Positions 18,515-29,700 of a stretch of DNA of 64,000 nucleotides are shown one piece after another. Under the pieces are notes generated by a model. It ran no database searches. It was not told the DNA's origin and was given only the letters and a program-made list of their open reading frames with translations. Position 1 is the stretch's first letter. The number at the start of each line of letters is the position of its first letter. The DNA is taken from contig CAISDA010000072.1 in assembly GCA_903884005.1 (NCBI GenBank), positions 95,522-159,521 on the forward strand, given 5' to 3'. The position numbers were made by a program, and so were the translations under genes. Origin of the DNA: an uncultured Ignavibacteriota bacterium (GTDB lineage: Bacteria > Bacteroidota > Ignavibacteria > UBA10030 > UBA8401).

Positions 18515-19765
18515 GTGATACTAAAATCGATCAAAGGCACCAAAGACATACTGCCGTCGGACTCATCCCGATGGCAGTATGTGGAACAAGTTGTCCGCGG
18601 CGTATTCCACCGGTATAATTATAAAGAGATACGCACGCCGATGTTCGAACTGACATCGTTATTTTCGCGTTCGATCGGCGAGTTGACGGACATCGTGGGC
18701 AAGGAAATGTACACGTTCACCGACCGCAGCGGGGACAGCGTCACGCTTCGTCCCGAAGGCACGGCATCGGTGGTCCGTTCGTATATTCAGAACAATCTCG
18801 GCGAAGCACAGCCGCTGGTGAAGGTCTATTATATAGCGCCCATGTTCCGGCAGGAGCGTCCGCAAGCAGGCAGGCTCCGCCAGTTCCACCAGTTCGGCGC
18901 GGAGGCGATCGGATCGCCGACGCCTGAGACGGACGTCGAGATCATTGCGATGGCCGCAGAGATCTACCGGCAGTTCGGCATCACGAATTTCACGCTGAAG
19001 ATCAATTCGGTCGGCGACGAGGAATGCCGCCCGCGCTACAAGGAACTCCTGCGCACTGAGCTGATGACAATCGCCGATCAACTGTCGGTGGAGAGCCAAA
19101 AGCGAATCGAACAGAATCCGATGCGCGTTCTGGATTCGAAGGACGAGAAGGATCTCGCCTTAACGAAGGACATGCCCCGCATCACCGATCATCTGAACGA
19201 GGAATGCGCCGTCCATTTTGAGCGCGTCAAGGAACTCCTGACGCTCATGGGCATACCATTCGTCGTCGATCCGAGGCTTGTGCGGGGACTCGATTATTAC
19301 ACCAAGACGGCGTTCGAATTGACAAGCGATGAACTGGGTTCGCAGAGCGCCCTGGCCGGGGGGGGCCGGTACGACCTGCTCACACAGGAACTCGGAGGAA
19401 AACAGACGCCGGCAGTCGGCTTCGCCGCAGGCATCGAACGGTTGATGATGGTCCTTGAAAAAAATAATTTTACTGTTCCCGCACTGCGGCCCGCACTGTT
19501 TCTTGCGGCAGCCGACGAGGCCTCGCGCGGATGGACAATCGTAACGACAATGGAACTCCGCTCGCGGGGTGTGGCGGTGGAAACAGACTTTTTGCAGAGA
19601 AGTTTGAAAGCACAGATGCGCGAAGCCGACCGGCAGCTCGCCCGGCATGTCGTGGTTGTCGGCGCGCACGAATTAGCGGCCGGCAGGGCGACGCTCAGAA
19701 ATTTGGACGACCATACAAATCGTGAAGTGGAACTCGGTCTTCTTGCCGATGCCGTGATGCGATAA
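18515..19765 (+). CDS. hisS: histidyl-tRNA synthetase
   Basis: 416 aa. Class II aaRS motifs (…FRQERPQAGRLRQFHQFGAE…, GGGRYD), His-binding region, C-terminal anticodon-binding domain. GTG start. Confidence 0.9.
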   Translation: MILKSIKGTKDILPSDSSRWQYVEQVVRGVFHRYNYKEIRTPMFELTSLFSRSIGELTDIVGKEMYTFTDRSGDSVTLRPEGTASVVRSYIQNNLGEAQPLVKVYYIAPMFRQERPQAGRLRQFHQFGAEAIGSPTPETDVEIIAMAAEIYRQFGITNFTLKINSVGDEECRPRYKELLRTELMTIADQLSVESQKRIEQNPMRVLDSKDEKDLALTKDMPRITDHLNEECAVHFERVKELLTLMGIPFVVDPRLVRGLDYYTKTAFELTSDELGSQSALAGGGRYDLLTQELGGKQTPAVGFAAGIERLMMVLEKNNFTVPALRPALFLAAADEASRGWTIVTTMELRSRGVAVETDFLQRSLKAQMREADRQLARHVVVVGAHELAAGRATLRNLDDHTNREVELGLLADAVMR

Positions 19766-19786
19766 CCCAGCGGGGATCGGTCTCCC

Positions 19787-20296
19787 ATGCGCGCACCGGC
19801 GGCAACTCACACTCTTTCACCTATGGCTGCTAAACAGAAAATAGACATCGAATATCGACTGTTGGTCGTGCCCGCGTTCGACGAAACGCTGCAACAGCAC
19901 GGCATGCTGTTCCTTGTGGAAACAGTGAAGCAGTTCACGAATTTCAATTATCAGATTCTCATAGAGGAATCGAGCGCGAAACGAACCGTCACGTGGAAGA
20001 TTCACGGACTCAGCGCCCCCGCGATGAGCATGCCGGCGATCGGCGGAGCGCGGTATGATAAAATATATTTTGGTTTGAGCGGCACGGTCCACTTTACGCT
20101 CATTAAAAAAGACGGCCAGGAAAACACGGTCACCGTGAAGGTCAGTCCGACCGGTGTCAAACTCATCGACATGCCGCAGCACTCGTTCATCGCAGTGTAC
20201 ACAGGCAGCGACGAATTCGAGGCAAAGCGGACCGACGACATGCAGAAACCATCGCATAAGCCGGACATCCACAGAGCCGTTCCGGGCCACAAATAA
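19787..20296 (+). CDS. hypothetical protein (start may be the internal ATG at 19823)
   Basis: 169-aa ORF in a co-directional housekeeping run; coding-like composition; no recognisable motif. Confidence 0.4.
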   Translation: MRAPAATHTLSPMAAKQKIDIEYRLLVVPAFDETLQQHGMLFLVETVKQFTNFNYQILIEESSAKRTVTWKIHGLSAPAMSMPAIGGARYDKIYFGLSGTVHFTLIKKDGQENTVTVKVSPTGVKLIDMPQHSFIAVYTGSDEFEAKRTDDMQKPSHKPDIHRAVPGHK

Positions 20297-20335
20297 GGTT
20301 CCTCTTCCTCCTTTACAGCAGAAAGTTGTTCGAGC

Positions 20336-21148
20336 ATGTGTCCAGTCTTATTTACAATCGGGGGCCTTCCGATCTATAGTTTCGGGCTGATGATGGGAAT
20401 CTCGTTCATCATCGGTTCCACCATTTTGACGGGCGAGCTGCGGCGCAAGAAGATGAATCCCGACATGGGCAGCACCATCACGCTCTTGGCGCTGGTGGGC
20501 GGCATTTCAGGATCGAAGATCTTGTTTCTGATCGAAAATTGGGGCGACTTCATCGACAATCCGTGGAGGATGGCATTCTCTCCGGGCGGCTTGACATTTT
20601 ACGGCGGATTCGTCCTTGCAACGATTCTCATCGCCGTGTATCTTCGCAGACAGCATGTGAGTTTTTGGCGCATCGCCGATGCCGCCTCGCCGCCGCTGCT
20701 CTTGTCGTACGGCATCGCCCGCATCGGATGCCACCTGGCGGGAGACGGGGATTACGGATTTCCCACGTCGCTTCCCTGGGGGACGGATTATTCGAAGGGC
20801 ACGTATCCTCCGTCGGCGGCGTTTAAGGATTTTCCGGAGATCGCCTCGAAATATCCTCACGGAGTCGTGCCGGATGCGACACTGTGCCATCCCACGCCGA
20901 TCTACGAATTTCTACTCTGTTCGATCCTGTTCTATTTTTTATGGAAGGCGCGCAAACGTCTCGGGCCCGACGGAACGGTGTTCGCCGCCTATCTCGTGCT
21001 TGCCGGAGCGGAGCGGTTCATCATTGAATTTTTCCGGCTCAACGAACGGTTTCTTCTGGGACTCTCCGAGGCGCAGATCATCGCCCTCGTTCTTATCACC
21101 ATGGGTGCGATCGGCTTTCGTCATCTGCGTTCGCAAATCAAGATCTAA
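20336..21148 (+). CDS. lgt: prolipoprotein diacylglyceryl transferase
   Basis: 270 aa polytopic. Lgt signature …GIARIGCHLAGDGDYG… and conserved N-terminal GxxSFG-like segment. Confidence 0.85.
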   Translation: MCPVLFTIGGLPIYSFGLMMGISFIIGSTILTGELRRKKMNPDMGSTITLLALVGGISGSKILFLIENWGDFIDNPWRMAFSPGGLTFYGGFVLATILIAVYLRRQHVSFWRIADAASPPLLLSYGIARIGCHLAGDGDYGFPTSLPWGTDYSKGTYPPSAAFKDFPEIASKYPHGVVPDATLCHPTPIYEFLLCSILFYFLWKARKRLGPDGTVFAAYLVLAGAERFIIEFFRLNERFLLGLSEAQIIALVLITMGAIGFRHLRSQIKI

Positions 21149-21208
21149 ACCGCATCAGGGCGGATGTGAAATTTAACGCCTCGCGCGGGGCATGCATAAG
21201 GTACGACT

Positions 21209-21934
21209 ATGAATGTAATCACGGGCAGGCATCCGGTCATTGAGGCGTTGAAATCGGGAACGCTGATTGAAAAGATACTCATCTCGAAGAGCACGCACGG
21301 CGAAGCGATCCACACGATCCGCATGCTGGCGCGCGAACGGAACATCCTCTGCACGGACGTCCAGGCGGAAAAACTCAGCAAGTATACGGATTCGCAGACG
21401 ACGCAGGGCGTGCTCGCCGTATTGGGAGAAAAAATATATTGCGAGGTCGACGACATCATTGCGGTGGCCGAGCAGAGGAACGAGAAGCCCTTCATACTCA
21501 TCTTCGACGAGATCGAAGACCCTCACAATCTGGGCGCGCTTATCAGAAGCGCCGTGTGCGTCGGCGCGCACGGAGGGATCATTCCGAAACACAATGCAGC
21601 TTCCGTGACCGAGACCGTCGCAAAGACATCGGCCGGGGCGAGCATCCACTTCCCCATTGCAAAAGTCACGAACATAGCGCAGACCATCGACGAGCTCAAG
21701 GAACTCGGCGTGTGGATCGTCGGGACGGATGTTGCGGCCCCGAAACCGTTCACGCAGATCGATTACACGATGGCGCTCGCCATCGTTGTCGGCAACGAGG
21801 GCCGCGGCATGCGGCGGCTCGTGAAGGACAAATGCGATTTTCTCGTTTCCATTCCCATGCGCGGCACGATGGATTCGTTCAACGCCTCTGTGGCCGGCGC
21901 CCTCCTCATGTACGAAGTCTTCCGCCAGCGCTAG
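21209..21934 (+). CDS. rlmB: 23S rRNA (guanosine-2'-O)-methyltransferase RlmB (SpoU/TrmH family)
   Basis: 241 aa. SpoU_sub_bind N-domain; SPOUT motifs ILIFDEIEDPHNLGALIRSA, VVGNEGRGMR, SLNASVAGALLMYE. Confidence 0.8.
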   Translation: MNVITGRHPVIEALKSGTLIEKILISKSTHGEAIHTIRMLARERNILCTDVQAEKLSKYTDSQTTQGVLAVLGEKIYCEVDDIIAVAEQRNEKPFILIFDEIEDPHNLGALIRSAVCVGAHGGIIPKHNAASVTETVAKTSAGASIHFPIAKVTNIAQTIDELKELGVWIVGTDVAAPKPFTQIDYTMALAIVVGNEGRGMRRLVKDKCDFLVSIPMRGTMDSFNASVAGALLMYEVFRQR

Positions 21935-22025
21935 AAGCACGGAACTTCCGTGCAGACCGATACGAAAATACTGGTGATGACAACACAAGACGGCGGCACG
22001 CGTCGCTTCGAGAAAGCTGATACAC

Positions 22026-24077
22026 GTGAAGACGATAGTCGCGGCAGTAGTGGTTGTATTATTTTCCTTCATGCATCCCCTTCCTATGCGGGCCGACTGG
22101 ACACAATGGAAAGGCCTTGAGAGCGGCGACGTTCATGCCTTCGCCGTTTCCGGCGGAAATCTTTATGCCGGCACAGACCGCGGCGTGTATCTTTCCACAG
22201 ATTACGGATGGAACTGGACCTCGATCGGCATGGAAAAGTCCACTGTGAACGCTCTGGCGGTCTTTGGTCCGAACCTTTTTGCGGCAACCGAGAGCGGCAT
22301 CTTTCTGTATGCCGACAACGGACTGGGCTGGAAATCGGTCCCCTATGGCCAGTATGGTGATCGAGGCGTCCTATGCCTTGCGGTTTCCGACACAAGTCTG
22401 GTGCTTGGGACGCCTTATGGCCTCTTTGTCGCAAAAATCAACGGAGCACGATTGGTGACGATGTTTACAGCATTAGATCGTACGCCCGTGTATACACTGC
22501 TGAAAAACGACAGCCGTCTGTATGCAGGCACGGATAGCGGCCGTGTCTCGTTTTCCAGCAACAACGGCGCGACATGGACAGCGCTCACTATCGGAAGCGC
22601 GGCTCGAGTTCGCGCCATTGCCGTATCCGGCGCGAATCTTTTTGCAGGGACTGACAGCGGTGTGTTTCGTTCGACCACCAACGGCGCCAGTTGGACAAGT
22701 GTCAATACCGGATTAACGAATCACGTGGTCAATGCTCTGACTCTTTCCGGATCGGCTCTGATTGCCGGCACCGACGGCGGAGGCGTCTTTCGTTCCGAGA
22801 ACAACGGCGACGATTGGACAAGCGTTAATACCGGCGTGACGAACATGCGTGTTCTGTCGCTCGGCGTCAACGGACCGAATCTTTTTGCCGGGAGCGACGG
22901 AAGCGGAGTTTTTGTGTCGACCACCAATGGCGCGCGATGGAACAACACAGGCTTCGATGTCGTGAACGTCAATGCGCTTGCCACAGTAGGCACTGACCTC
23001 GTCGCCGGAACCGATCGCGGCGTCTTTTTTTTCAACTTCATCGATTCAGCATGGAGACCGTACAACATCGGCGTGAAGCGCGCGTCTGTGAGCTCGCTCG
23101 TTGTTTCCGGCTCTAGGATGATCGCCGGAGCAGATAGCGGCGTCTTTGTATCATTGGATAAAGGCATAAGCTGGGCCATCGCCGATTCCACACCAACGCA
23201 CACGAATGTACTCGCTCTCTCAGGCTCGACGATATTTGCCGGAACAAATGACGGTGTCTTTGTCTCTGCGGACAACGGAACACACTGGGTGAAGTCGAAC
23301 AGCGGCTTGGCGAATACCTATGTTCAATCACTTGCCATGGTCGACACCATTCTTTATGCCGGTACTGCGCGAGGCGTCTTCCGTTCCACCAATCGAGGCA
23401 TACCATGGACAGCAGTCGGATTGACAGATTATTCCGTCCATGCTTTTGCAAAGTTAAACGGTGGTGTCTGCGCCGGAACGGACGGCGGTTGTTTTCTCTC
23501 TGCCGACAACGGCATGAGCTGGACGCTGCTCGACCCATCTTCAACACCCAGGAATGTTTTATCGTTGTATGGTAGCGGGTTCTCCTTCTATGCGGGGACA
23601 AACGGCGAGGGGATTTTTTTCGCCGGCCAGAACGTAACATCCCTGTGGAGACCATTAAGCCGGGGTATCCCGAATGCGTATACGACAGCATTGACCTATG
23701 TACGGGGGAATTTGTGGGCCGGAACGCTCGGCAGCGGAGTATGGCGGCGGTCGTCGGAAGAATGGATCACTGGAGCGGCCGATCATGACAAGCATATCCC
23801 GGTGAATTTTTCTCTTGGCCCGAACTATCCGAATCCGTTCAATCCGAGTACGACAATAGGATATTCGCTGCCCGAGAGAAGCATGATCACTGTGCGAGTG
23901 TACGATGTGATGGGACGAATGATATTGATGCTGGCAGAGGGAAACAAGGAAGCAGGGTCGTACACCGTCTCGTTGAACGGTGCAGGTTTGTCCAGCGGCG
24001 TCTATTTTTACCGCATGACGGCCCAGCATGGAACGGCCATATGGACCGATGTACAAAAAATGGTGCTGACAAAATAA
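22026..24077 (+). CDS. secreted BNR/Asp-box repeat protein with T9SS C-terminal sorting domain
   Basis: 683 aa. Signal peptide; 14 or more ~40-aa repeats with S-x-D/N-x-G-x-x-W-T (STDYGWNWTS, SSNNGATWTA, STTNGASWTS…). C-terminal Por_Secre_tail-like GPNYPNPFNPSTTIGYSLPE…GVYFYRM. GTG start. Confidence 0.75.
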   Translation: MKTIVAAVVVVLFSFMHPLPMRADWTQWKGLESGDVHAFAVSGGNLYAGTDRGVYLSTDYGWNWTSIGMEKSTVNALAVFGPNLFAATESGIFLYADNGLGWKSVPYGQYGDRGVLCLAVSDTSLVLGTPYGLFVAKINGARLVTMFTALDRTPVYTLLKNDSRLYAGTDSGRVSFSSNNGATWTALTIGSAARVRAIAVSGANLFAGTDSGVFRSTTNGASWTSVNTGLTNHVVNALTLSGSALIAGTDGGGVFRSENNGDDWTSVNTGVTNMRVLSLGVNGPNLFAGSDGSGVFVSTTNGARWNNTGFDVVNVNALATVGTDLVAGTDRGVFFFNFIDSAWRPYNIGVKRASVSSLVVSGSRMIAGADSGVFVSLDKGISWAIADSTPTHTNVLALSGSTIFAGTNDGVFVSADNGTHWVKSNSGLANTYVQSLAMVDTILYAGTARGVFRSTNRGIPWTAVGLTDYSVHAFAKLNGGVCAGTDGGCFLSADNGMSWTLLDPSSTPRNVLSLYGSGFSFYAGTNGEGIFFAGQNVTSLWRPLSRGIPNAYTTALTYVRGNLWAGTLGSGVWRRSSEEWITGAADHDKHIPVNFSLGPNYPNPFNPSTTIGYSLPERSMITVRVYDVMGRMILMLAEGNKEAGSYTVSLNGAGLSSGVYFYRMTAQHGTAIWTDVQKMVLTK

Positions 24078-24084
24078 CAACCAC

Positions 24085-24115
24085 ATGCCTCAGGTGAATG
24101 ATTCGTCTGAGGCAT
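24085..24115. terminator. hairpin between convergent genes (ATGCCTCAG-13 nt-CTGAGGCAT)
   Basis: Perfect 9-bp stem at 24085-24093 / 24107-24115, located 8 bp after the stop of the plus-strand T9SS gene. The stem ends are shared with the hairpin at 26606-26644. Confidence 0.5.
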
Positions 24116-24139
24116 GTATGTATGTGTTGACATACGGGG

Positions 24140-24154
24140 CGAGCTAACAGCTCG
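24140..24154. promoter_or_regulatory. 15-bp perfect palindrome CGAGCTAACAGCTCG (candidate operator), copy 1 of 3 flanking the MCP gene
   Basis: Exact 6-3-6 inverted repeat, embedded in GGGGCGAGCTAACAGCTCGTC, 4 bp downstream of the MCP stop. Confidence 0.35.
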
Positions 24155-24157
24155 TCA

Positions 24158-26251
24158 TCAATTGAGGAAACGTGTGTTCGCGCGGACCGCGGTGAGTTCG
24201 CGTTCGTCGCGCCGATGTGCGCCCGTCGCTGCTCCGCTGATCGAGAATTGACCGAGCAGCGTCTGGAGATTTGACGTCAGCCGGTTGAGGTCTTCGGCCG
24301 CGCGTGCGATCTGCTGTGTGCCCGCCGCCGATTGTTGTGAGACGCATGAAATGGCCTCGATGTTCTTGCTGATCTGTTCGCTCGCGGTCGACTGCTGTTC
24401 GCTTGCGGCTGCAACCTGGGTCACAACATCGACGACTCTCTCCGCCCCATCGATGATCTCCCTGAGTGAGACGCCCGATTGTTCGGCCAGCTTGCGGCCT
24501 TTTTCAACTTCGAGAGTGCCGCGGTTCATGGACGCAACCGCGCCGGCAGTGTCTTTTTGGATCTGCTTGATCATGACGGCGATCTCTTTTGTGGCCTTTG
24601 TTGTACGTTCGGCCAGCTTGCGCACTTCATCGGCAACCACGGCAAAGCCCCGCCCATGTTCTCCGGCACGGGCTGCTTCTATGGCCGCATTGAGCGCAAG
24701 CAGATTGGTTTGATCGGCAATATCGTCGATCACCTGAACGATTTCGCCGATCTCATCGCTGCTGCTGCCCAACGCCTCCACTGTCGCCGCCGATTGTTTC
24801 ACCACTTCAGCAATGCGCGCCATCCCTTCGATCGTTTCGATCACAACACGGCCGCCGTCTTTGGCCGAAGTGCCAGACTGTTTTGCCATGTTCGCAGCCT
24901 CGGAGGCATTCTTTGTGGTCTCCATGATCGTTTTGGACATCTGTTCGACGGCGCTTGCCACTTCGGCCGCCTGCTGGGTTTGTTCGTGAGCACCCGCCGC
25001 CATTTGCTCCGTGCTCGATGAAATTTCGGAACTCGCACTTGCTGTGGCAGACAGCGCTTCGCTCACATCATTGAGTGTCTTGTCCAGCGATTCGCCGAGC
25101 AGATTAATGCTGTTCTTGATGAGTTGATGATCGCCTTTATACTCCCCTGTCATGCGGACCCGCAAATCGCCTTTCGCCATGACGGCAAGCACGTCTGATC
25201 CCTCCTTCACCGGCAGTATCACGGCATCGAGTGTGCGATTCACACCGTCCACGATCTCGCGGTAGCCTCCCTTGAAACGTTCCGAGCGTCCCCGTATGCC
25301 GAGTCTGCCGTCGACTGCAGCAGTCGTGAGCATTGTCGATTCTGCGACAAGGTCACGGAGCGCTTCCACAATGCTGATCATAGCCGGTGCAATTTCGTCT
25401 TTATCGTCGAGGTTCTTTATTTCCACATTCAGGTCCCCGTCTGCAATTGTGTAGATGTTCGTGACCATTGCCTGAAGCACCTCGGCAAAGCTATCCATAC
25501 GGTGTACCAGGACGCCGATCTCATCTGTGCGATCCAGGTTGAGCCGGACGCCTAAATGTGCCTTGCTTAATTCATCCATCATTGCGACACCCTGTGCCAG
25601 CGGTTTTGTGATGATACGGGAAATGAGCAGCCCGAAACCAATGGCGAGTGCAAAACCGACGACAATGAACGCGATCATCTGTTTTGTCGCCGAAGCAGCA
25701 AGGTTCGTGTTGTCATCGGATCGTCCCTTCCCTTCACCCACTTGCATGCTGACTAATTTGGCGAGGGCGTTTTGGAAATTTACACGCGCACTTTCAGCCT
25801 CGCCCTTCCATAACAGCTTCGCTTCGGATCTTTTTCCCGTTTCGCAGAGGGAGGCCATGCGATCGACGAGGGGGATAAAAATTTTCCTCTGTGCTTTAAG
25901 ATCCGCAATTCCAATTTTTTCCTGCTCCGACATCGGTGCGTTTTCGAAATCGACGACGAATTTCGTAATATCGGCCCGCCGTTCGAGCAGATTTTTTTTC
26001 CACAGTTGTGTTTCGTCCGGCGTTTCAGCATTGACCATATTGGCGATGTCGACACGCATTCGTTGGAAATTTGTGGAGGCATCACCAATGGATTCGACTT
26101 GTACCAGGGTGGAATACAGTTCGGTGCCGCTGTCATCCAATTCACGAATATTTTTTATTCCGATTGCCCCGATCACTGCGGCGATGACGGCGATAAAGGT
26201 AAACCCGGACATGAGTTTGTCTTTGATGTTAAGATTGATAAACCAATTCAT
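24158..26251 (-). CDS. methyl-accepting chemotaxis protein (4HB-type sensor, HAMP domains, MCP signal domain)
   Basis: Start taken at [12 protein letters not shown] (26251). N-terminal TM, second TM + HAMP, conserved signalling hairpin …[33 protein letters not shown]…. Confidence 0.85.
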   Translation of the reverse strand: MNWFINLNIKDKLMSGFTFIAVIAAVIGAIGIKNIRELDDSGTELYSTLVQVESIGDASTNFQRMRVDIANMVNAETPDETQLWKKNLLERRADITKFVVDFENAPMSEQEKIGIADLKAQRKIFIPLVDRMASLCETGKRSEAKLLWKGEAESARVNFQNALAKLVSMQVGEGKGRSDDNTNLAASATKQMIAFIVVGFALAIGFGLLISRIITKPLAQGVAMMDELSKAHLGVRLNLDRTDEIGVLVHRMDSFAEVLQAMVTNIYTIADGDLNVEIKNLDDKDEIAPAMISIVEALRDLVAESTMLTTAAVDGRLGIRGRSERFKGGYREIVDGVNRTLDAVILPVKEGSDVLAVMAKGDLRVRMTGEYKGDHQLIKNSINLLGESLDKTLNDVSEALSATASASSEISSSTEQMAAGAHEQTQQAAEVASAVEQMSKTIMETTKNASEAANMAKQSGTSAKDGGRVVIETIEGMARIAEVVKQSAATVEALGSSSDEIGEIVQVIDDIADQTNLLALNAAIEAARAGEHGRGFAVVADEVRKLAERTTKATKEIAVMIKQIQKDTAGAVASMNRGTLEVEKGRKLAEQSGVSLREIIDGAERVVDVVTQVAAASEQQSTASEQISKNIEAISCVSQQSAAGTQQIARAAEDLNRLTSNLQTLLGQFSISGAATGAHRRDERELTAVRANTRFLN

Positions 26252-26488
26252 TGGCGTTGTTCCGAATGAAGTGAAGGGAATAACAGACAGTATACACAAA
26301 GGATCGGTTCAGTACCGTTTTGACGGCTTTCCACATTTGACCGGCGTGAGCGCTGCTTCCCTCTGTGTTCGTGATAAATATACGCTGGATATACGGTGCA
26401 GGAAAGATGTGATTGTCTCTTTTCCGTTAGGGAGTTTGTCTTGCACGCGAGGGGAAGCGAAAACCGAGGAGGCGGAAAGAGAGCAGCA

Positions 26489-26503
26489 ACAGCGGGGCCA
26501 GCT
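26489..26503. promoter_or_regulatory. palindrome copy 2 (reverse orientation, one mismatch: CCAGCTGTTAGCTCG)
   Basis: Reverse complement reads CGAGCTAACAGCTGG. Located in the 416-bp MCP-PFOR intergenic region, about 240 bp upstream of the MCP start. Confidence 0.3.
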
Positions 26504-26605
26504 GTTAGCTCGCCCGGCAATAAATATAATCTGCGGCATAGATGGTCCGTGTAGGACGAACGGTCAGCTCGTCCAGGTCGAGATAACATCTTGCCCTGCT
26601 ATGAA

Positions 26606-26657
26606 AATGCCTCACCGGAATGCAGATCGCATTCCGGTGAGGCATGTGGTTTTTTTT
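26606..26657. terminator. very strong hairpin (17-bp perfect stem ATGCCTCACCGGAATGC/GCATTCCGGTGAGGCAT, loop AGATC) followed by T9 on the plus strand
   Basis: Read directly. Lies 59 bp downstream of the PFOR stop on the opposite strand. The outer 8 bp of the stem are identical to the hairpin at 24085-24115. Confidence 0.55.
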
Positions 26658-26673
26658 TGACACCGCGCGCGGG

Positions 26674-26688
26674 GCGAGCTAACAACTC
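26674..26688. promoter_or_regulatory. palindrome copy 3 (CGAGCTAACAACTCG, one mismatch) within GGGGCGAGCTAACAACTCGTC
   Basis: Same 21-bp context as copy 1; 28 bp from the PFOR stop. Confidence 0.35.
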
Positions 26689-26715
26689 GTCTTGCATCGG
26701 TGCGCCTGCCGCATG

Positions 26716-29700
26716 TTACTTCACTTCGGCCGGGCCGAACTTCGCGGCCGCAAGCTGTTCGTACTGCTTCCAGCGATCGTCCACATCCTGCTGCGAGAGT
26801 GCCAGCAGCCGGTGCGCTTCTGCCGGGTTGCTCTTGGTCAACATCTTATACCGGATCTCCTTGTATGCATACTCTTCGAACTTGATCTTCGGAGGTTTCG
26901 AATCCAGTTTGAACGGGTTCTTGCCTTCCAGCGCAAGCGCCGGGTTGTACCGGAACAGCGGCCAGTGACCGCTGTCGACGGCAAGTTTCTGGTTGTTCAT
27001 GCCTTCGGCCATGTTGATGCCGTGCGCGATGCAATGGCTGTAGGCGATGATCAGCGACGGGCCGTCGTAGGCTTCCGCTTCGAGGATGGTTCTGACCGTA
27101 TGAAGATCGTTCGCTCCCATTGCGATGCGCGCTACATACACCGAACCGTACGTCATCGCCATCATGCCGAGGTCCTTCTTGCCTGTCAATTTGCCGCCAG
27201 CCGCGAATTTTGCAACCGCGCCGCGGGGCGTGGACTTGGACATCTGTCCGCCCGTGTTCGAATAGACTTCGGTGTCGAGCACGAGAATGTTGACGTTCTT
27301 TCCCGACGCGATAACATGGTCCAACCCGCCGTAGCCGATGTCGTATGCCCATCCGTCGCCGCCCATGATCCAGACCGATTTTTTCACGAGATAATCGGCG
27401 AGTGAATCCAATTGGCGGGCGTCGATCGATGTCTGGCCGGAAAGTTTCTCCTTCAACAGTTTGACACGGTCACGCTGCGCGTAGATATTCGCTTCGGTAG
27501 ACTGGTCTGCCGTGATGAGATCGGTGACAAGCTGTTCGCCGATCGTTGTCGAAAGTCGCTTCAGCAATTCCTGTGCGTATTCCATGTGCTTGTCCACCGA
27601 GAGGCGGAAGCCGAGACCAAATTCGGCGTTGTCTTCGAAGAGTGAATTCGCCCATGCGGGTCCGCGTCCGTCGGCGTTTTTCGTCCACGGTGTTGTGGGC
27701 AAATTGGCGCCGTAGATGGACGAGCAGCCTGTCGCGTTCGCAACCAGTGTCCGGTCGCCGAAGAGCTGGCTGACCAGTTTCACGTACGGAGTTTCGCCGC
27801 AGCCCGAGCAGGCGCCGGAGAATTCGAAGAGCGGCTGCAGGAACTGCGAGCCTTTGATCGTATCCATTGCCACTGTTGTGCGGTCAGCTTCGGGAAGGCC
27901 GAGGAAGAAGTCCCAATTCGCGCGCTCGGGTATGCGGAGCGGCAGCTGTTCCTTCATGTTGATGGCCTTCAGGCGCACTTCCGATTTGTTCTTTGCGGGG
28001 CAGATCTCGACGCAGATGCCGCATCCGGTACAATCCTCGGCTGCAACCTGGATCGTGTATTTCTGTCCCTTGTATTCGTTGCCCCGGTACGGCGTGCTCT
28101 TGAACGTCTCGGGAGCGCCGGCGAGTTCTTTTTCGTCGTACACTTTGATGCGGATTGTGGCATGCGGACAAACGAGCGCGCACTTGCCGCACTGGATGCA
28201 GAGGTTTTCGTCCCACACCGGGATTTCGAGTGCGATGTTGCGTTTCTCCCACGCAGCCGTTCCCACGGGGAATGTTCCGTCGTTCGGCAGAGCGCTCACC
28301 GGGAGATCGTCGCCTTTGCCGGCGATCATTTTCGCCGTCACAAATTTTACGAAATCGGGAGCCTTGTCCGAAACGACCGGGGGCAGTTCGAGCGTGCTGG
28401 TCGCTGTCGCAGGGATCTCGACCTGAAAGAGATGCTCGAGGGTCTGGTCGACAGCGGTGTAATTCATCTTGACGATCTCTTCGCCTTTTTTGCCGTATGT
28501 TTTTTTGATCGAATATTTGATGGCCTTAATGGCATCGTCTTTCGGCAGCACGCCGGAGATGGCGAAGAAGCACGTCTGCATGATCGTATTGACGCGGCTG
28601 CCCATGCCTGTTTTCTGGGCGACGGCGTATCCGTCAATCACATAGAATTTCAACTTTTTCGTGATGATCTCCTGCTGCACCGGCCGGGGAATATGATCCC
28701 AGACGGTGTCGGGTCCGAACGGACTGTTCAACAGGAATGTGCCGCCCTCGACGATATTCTCGAGGATGTTGAATTTTTCGAGGAACATCCACTGATGGCA
28801 TGCGACGAAGCTCGAGGCAGTGATCAGATACGTGGAGCGGATCTGGCGCGGACCAAACCGCAGATGCGACGTGGTTGTCGAGCCCGATTTCTTGGAGTCG
28901 TACACGAAATAGCCCTGCGCGAAAAACGGCGTATCTTCGCCGATGATCTTGATCGAATTCTTGTTCGCGCCCACGGTGCCGTCTGCGCCGAGGCCGTAGA
29001 ACATCGCGCGCACGACATCGGGCTTCTCTGTGACGAACGACATGTCACAGGTAAGGCTTGTATGCGTGACATCGTCGTTGATGCCGACGGTGAAATGATT
29101 TTTCGGCTTGTCTTTTTTCAGTTCATCGTAGATCGCCTTCACATGAGCGGGAACGAACTCTTTGCCTGCGATTCCGTAACGGCCGCCGATGATCTTCGGG
29201 GCGACGGTGAACGGGGCGATGCCGTCGTTCATTGCTTCGCCGATGGCCGTGAGCACATCCTGATACAACGGTTCGCCGAGGCCGCCCGGTTCCTTGGTGC
29301 GGTCGAGCACGGCGATCGCTTTCACCGTTGCGGGAAGCGCCTGGACGAAATGCTTGATGGAGAACGGACGGAACAAGCGCACTTTGATGACGCCGATCTT
29401 TTCGCCTTGTTCGACGAGCGCGTCGATCGTTTCATGCACTGCTTCGGAACCGGAGCCGATGATGACGATCACTCGGTCGGCATCGGGAGCGCCGTAATAA
29501 TCGAACAGATTGTACTGGCGTCCGACGAGTGCGGCAAATTTATCCATCGTTTTCTGGACCACGCCCGGGCATGCGTTGTAGAACGGGTTGCATGTTTCGC
29601 GCGACTGGAAGTACGTGTCGGGATTCGAAGCTGTTCCGCGAAGCAGCGGATTTTCCGGGTTAATGGCGCGGAGGCGGTGCGCGAGAATGAGCTCTTCATC

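Noticed and set aside
24085-26690. Possibility that the elements flanking the MCP gene are integron attC sites
   Set aside because: No RYYYAAC / GTTRRRY core pair could be found in the elements, and no intI-like gene is nearby.
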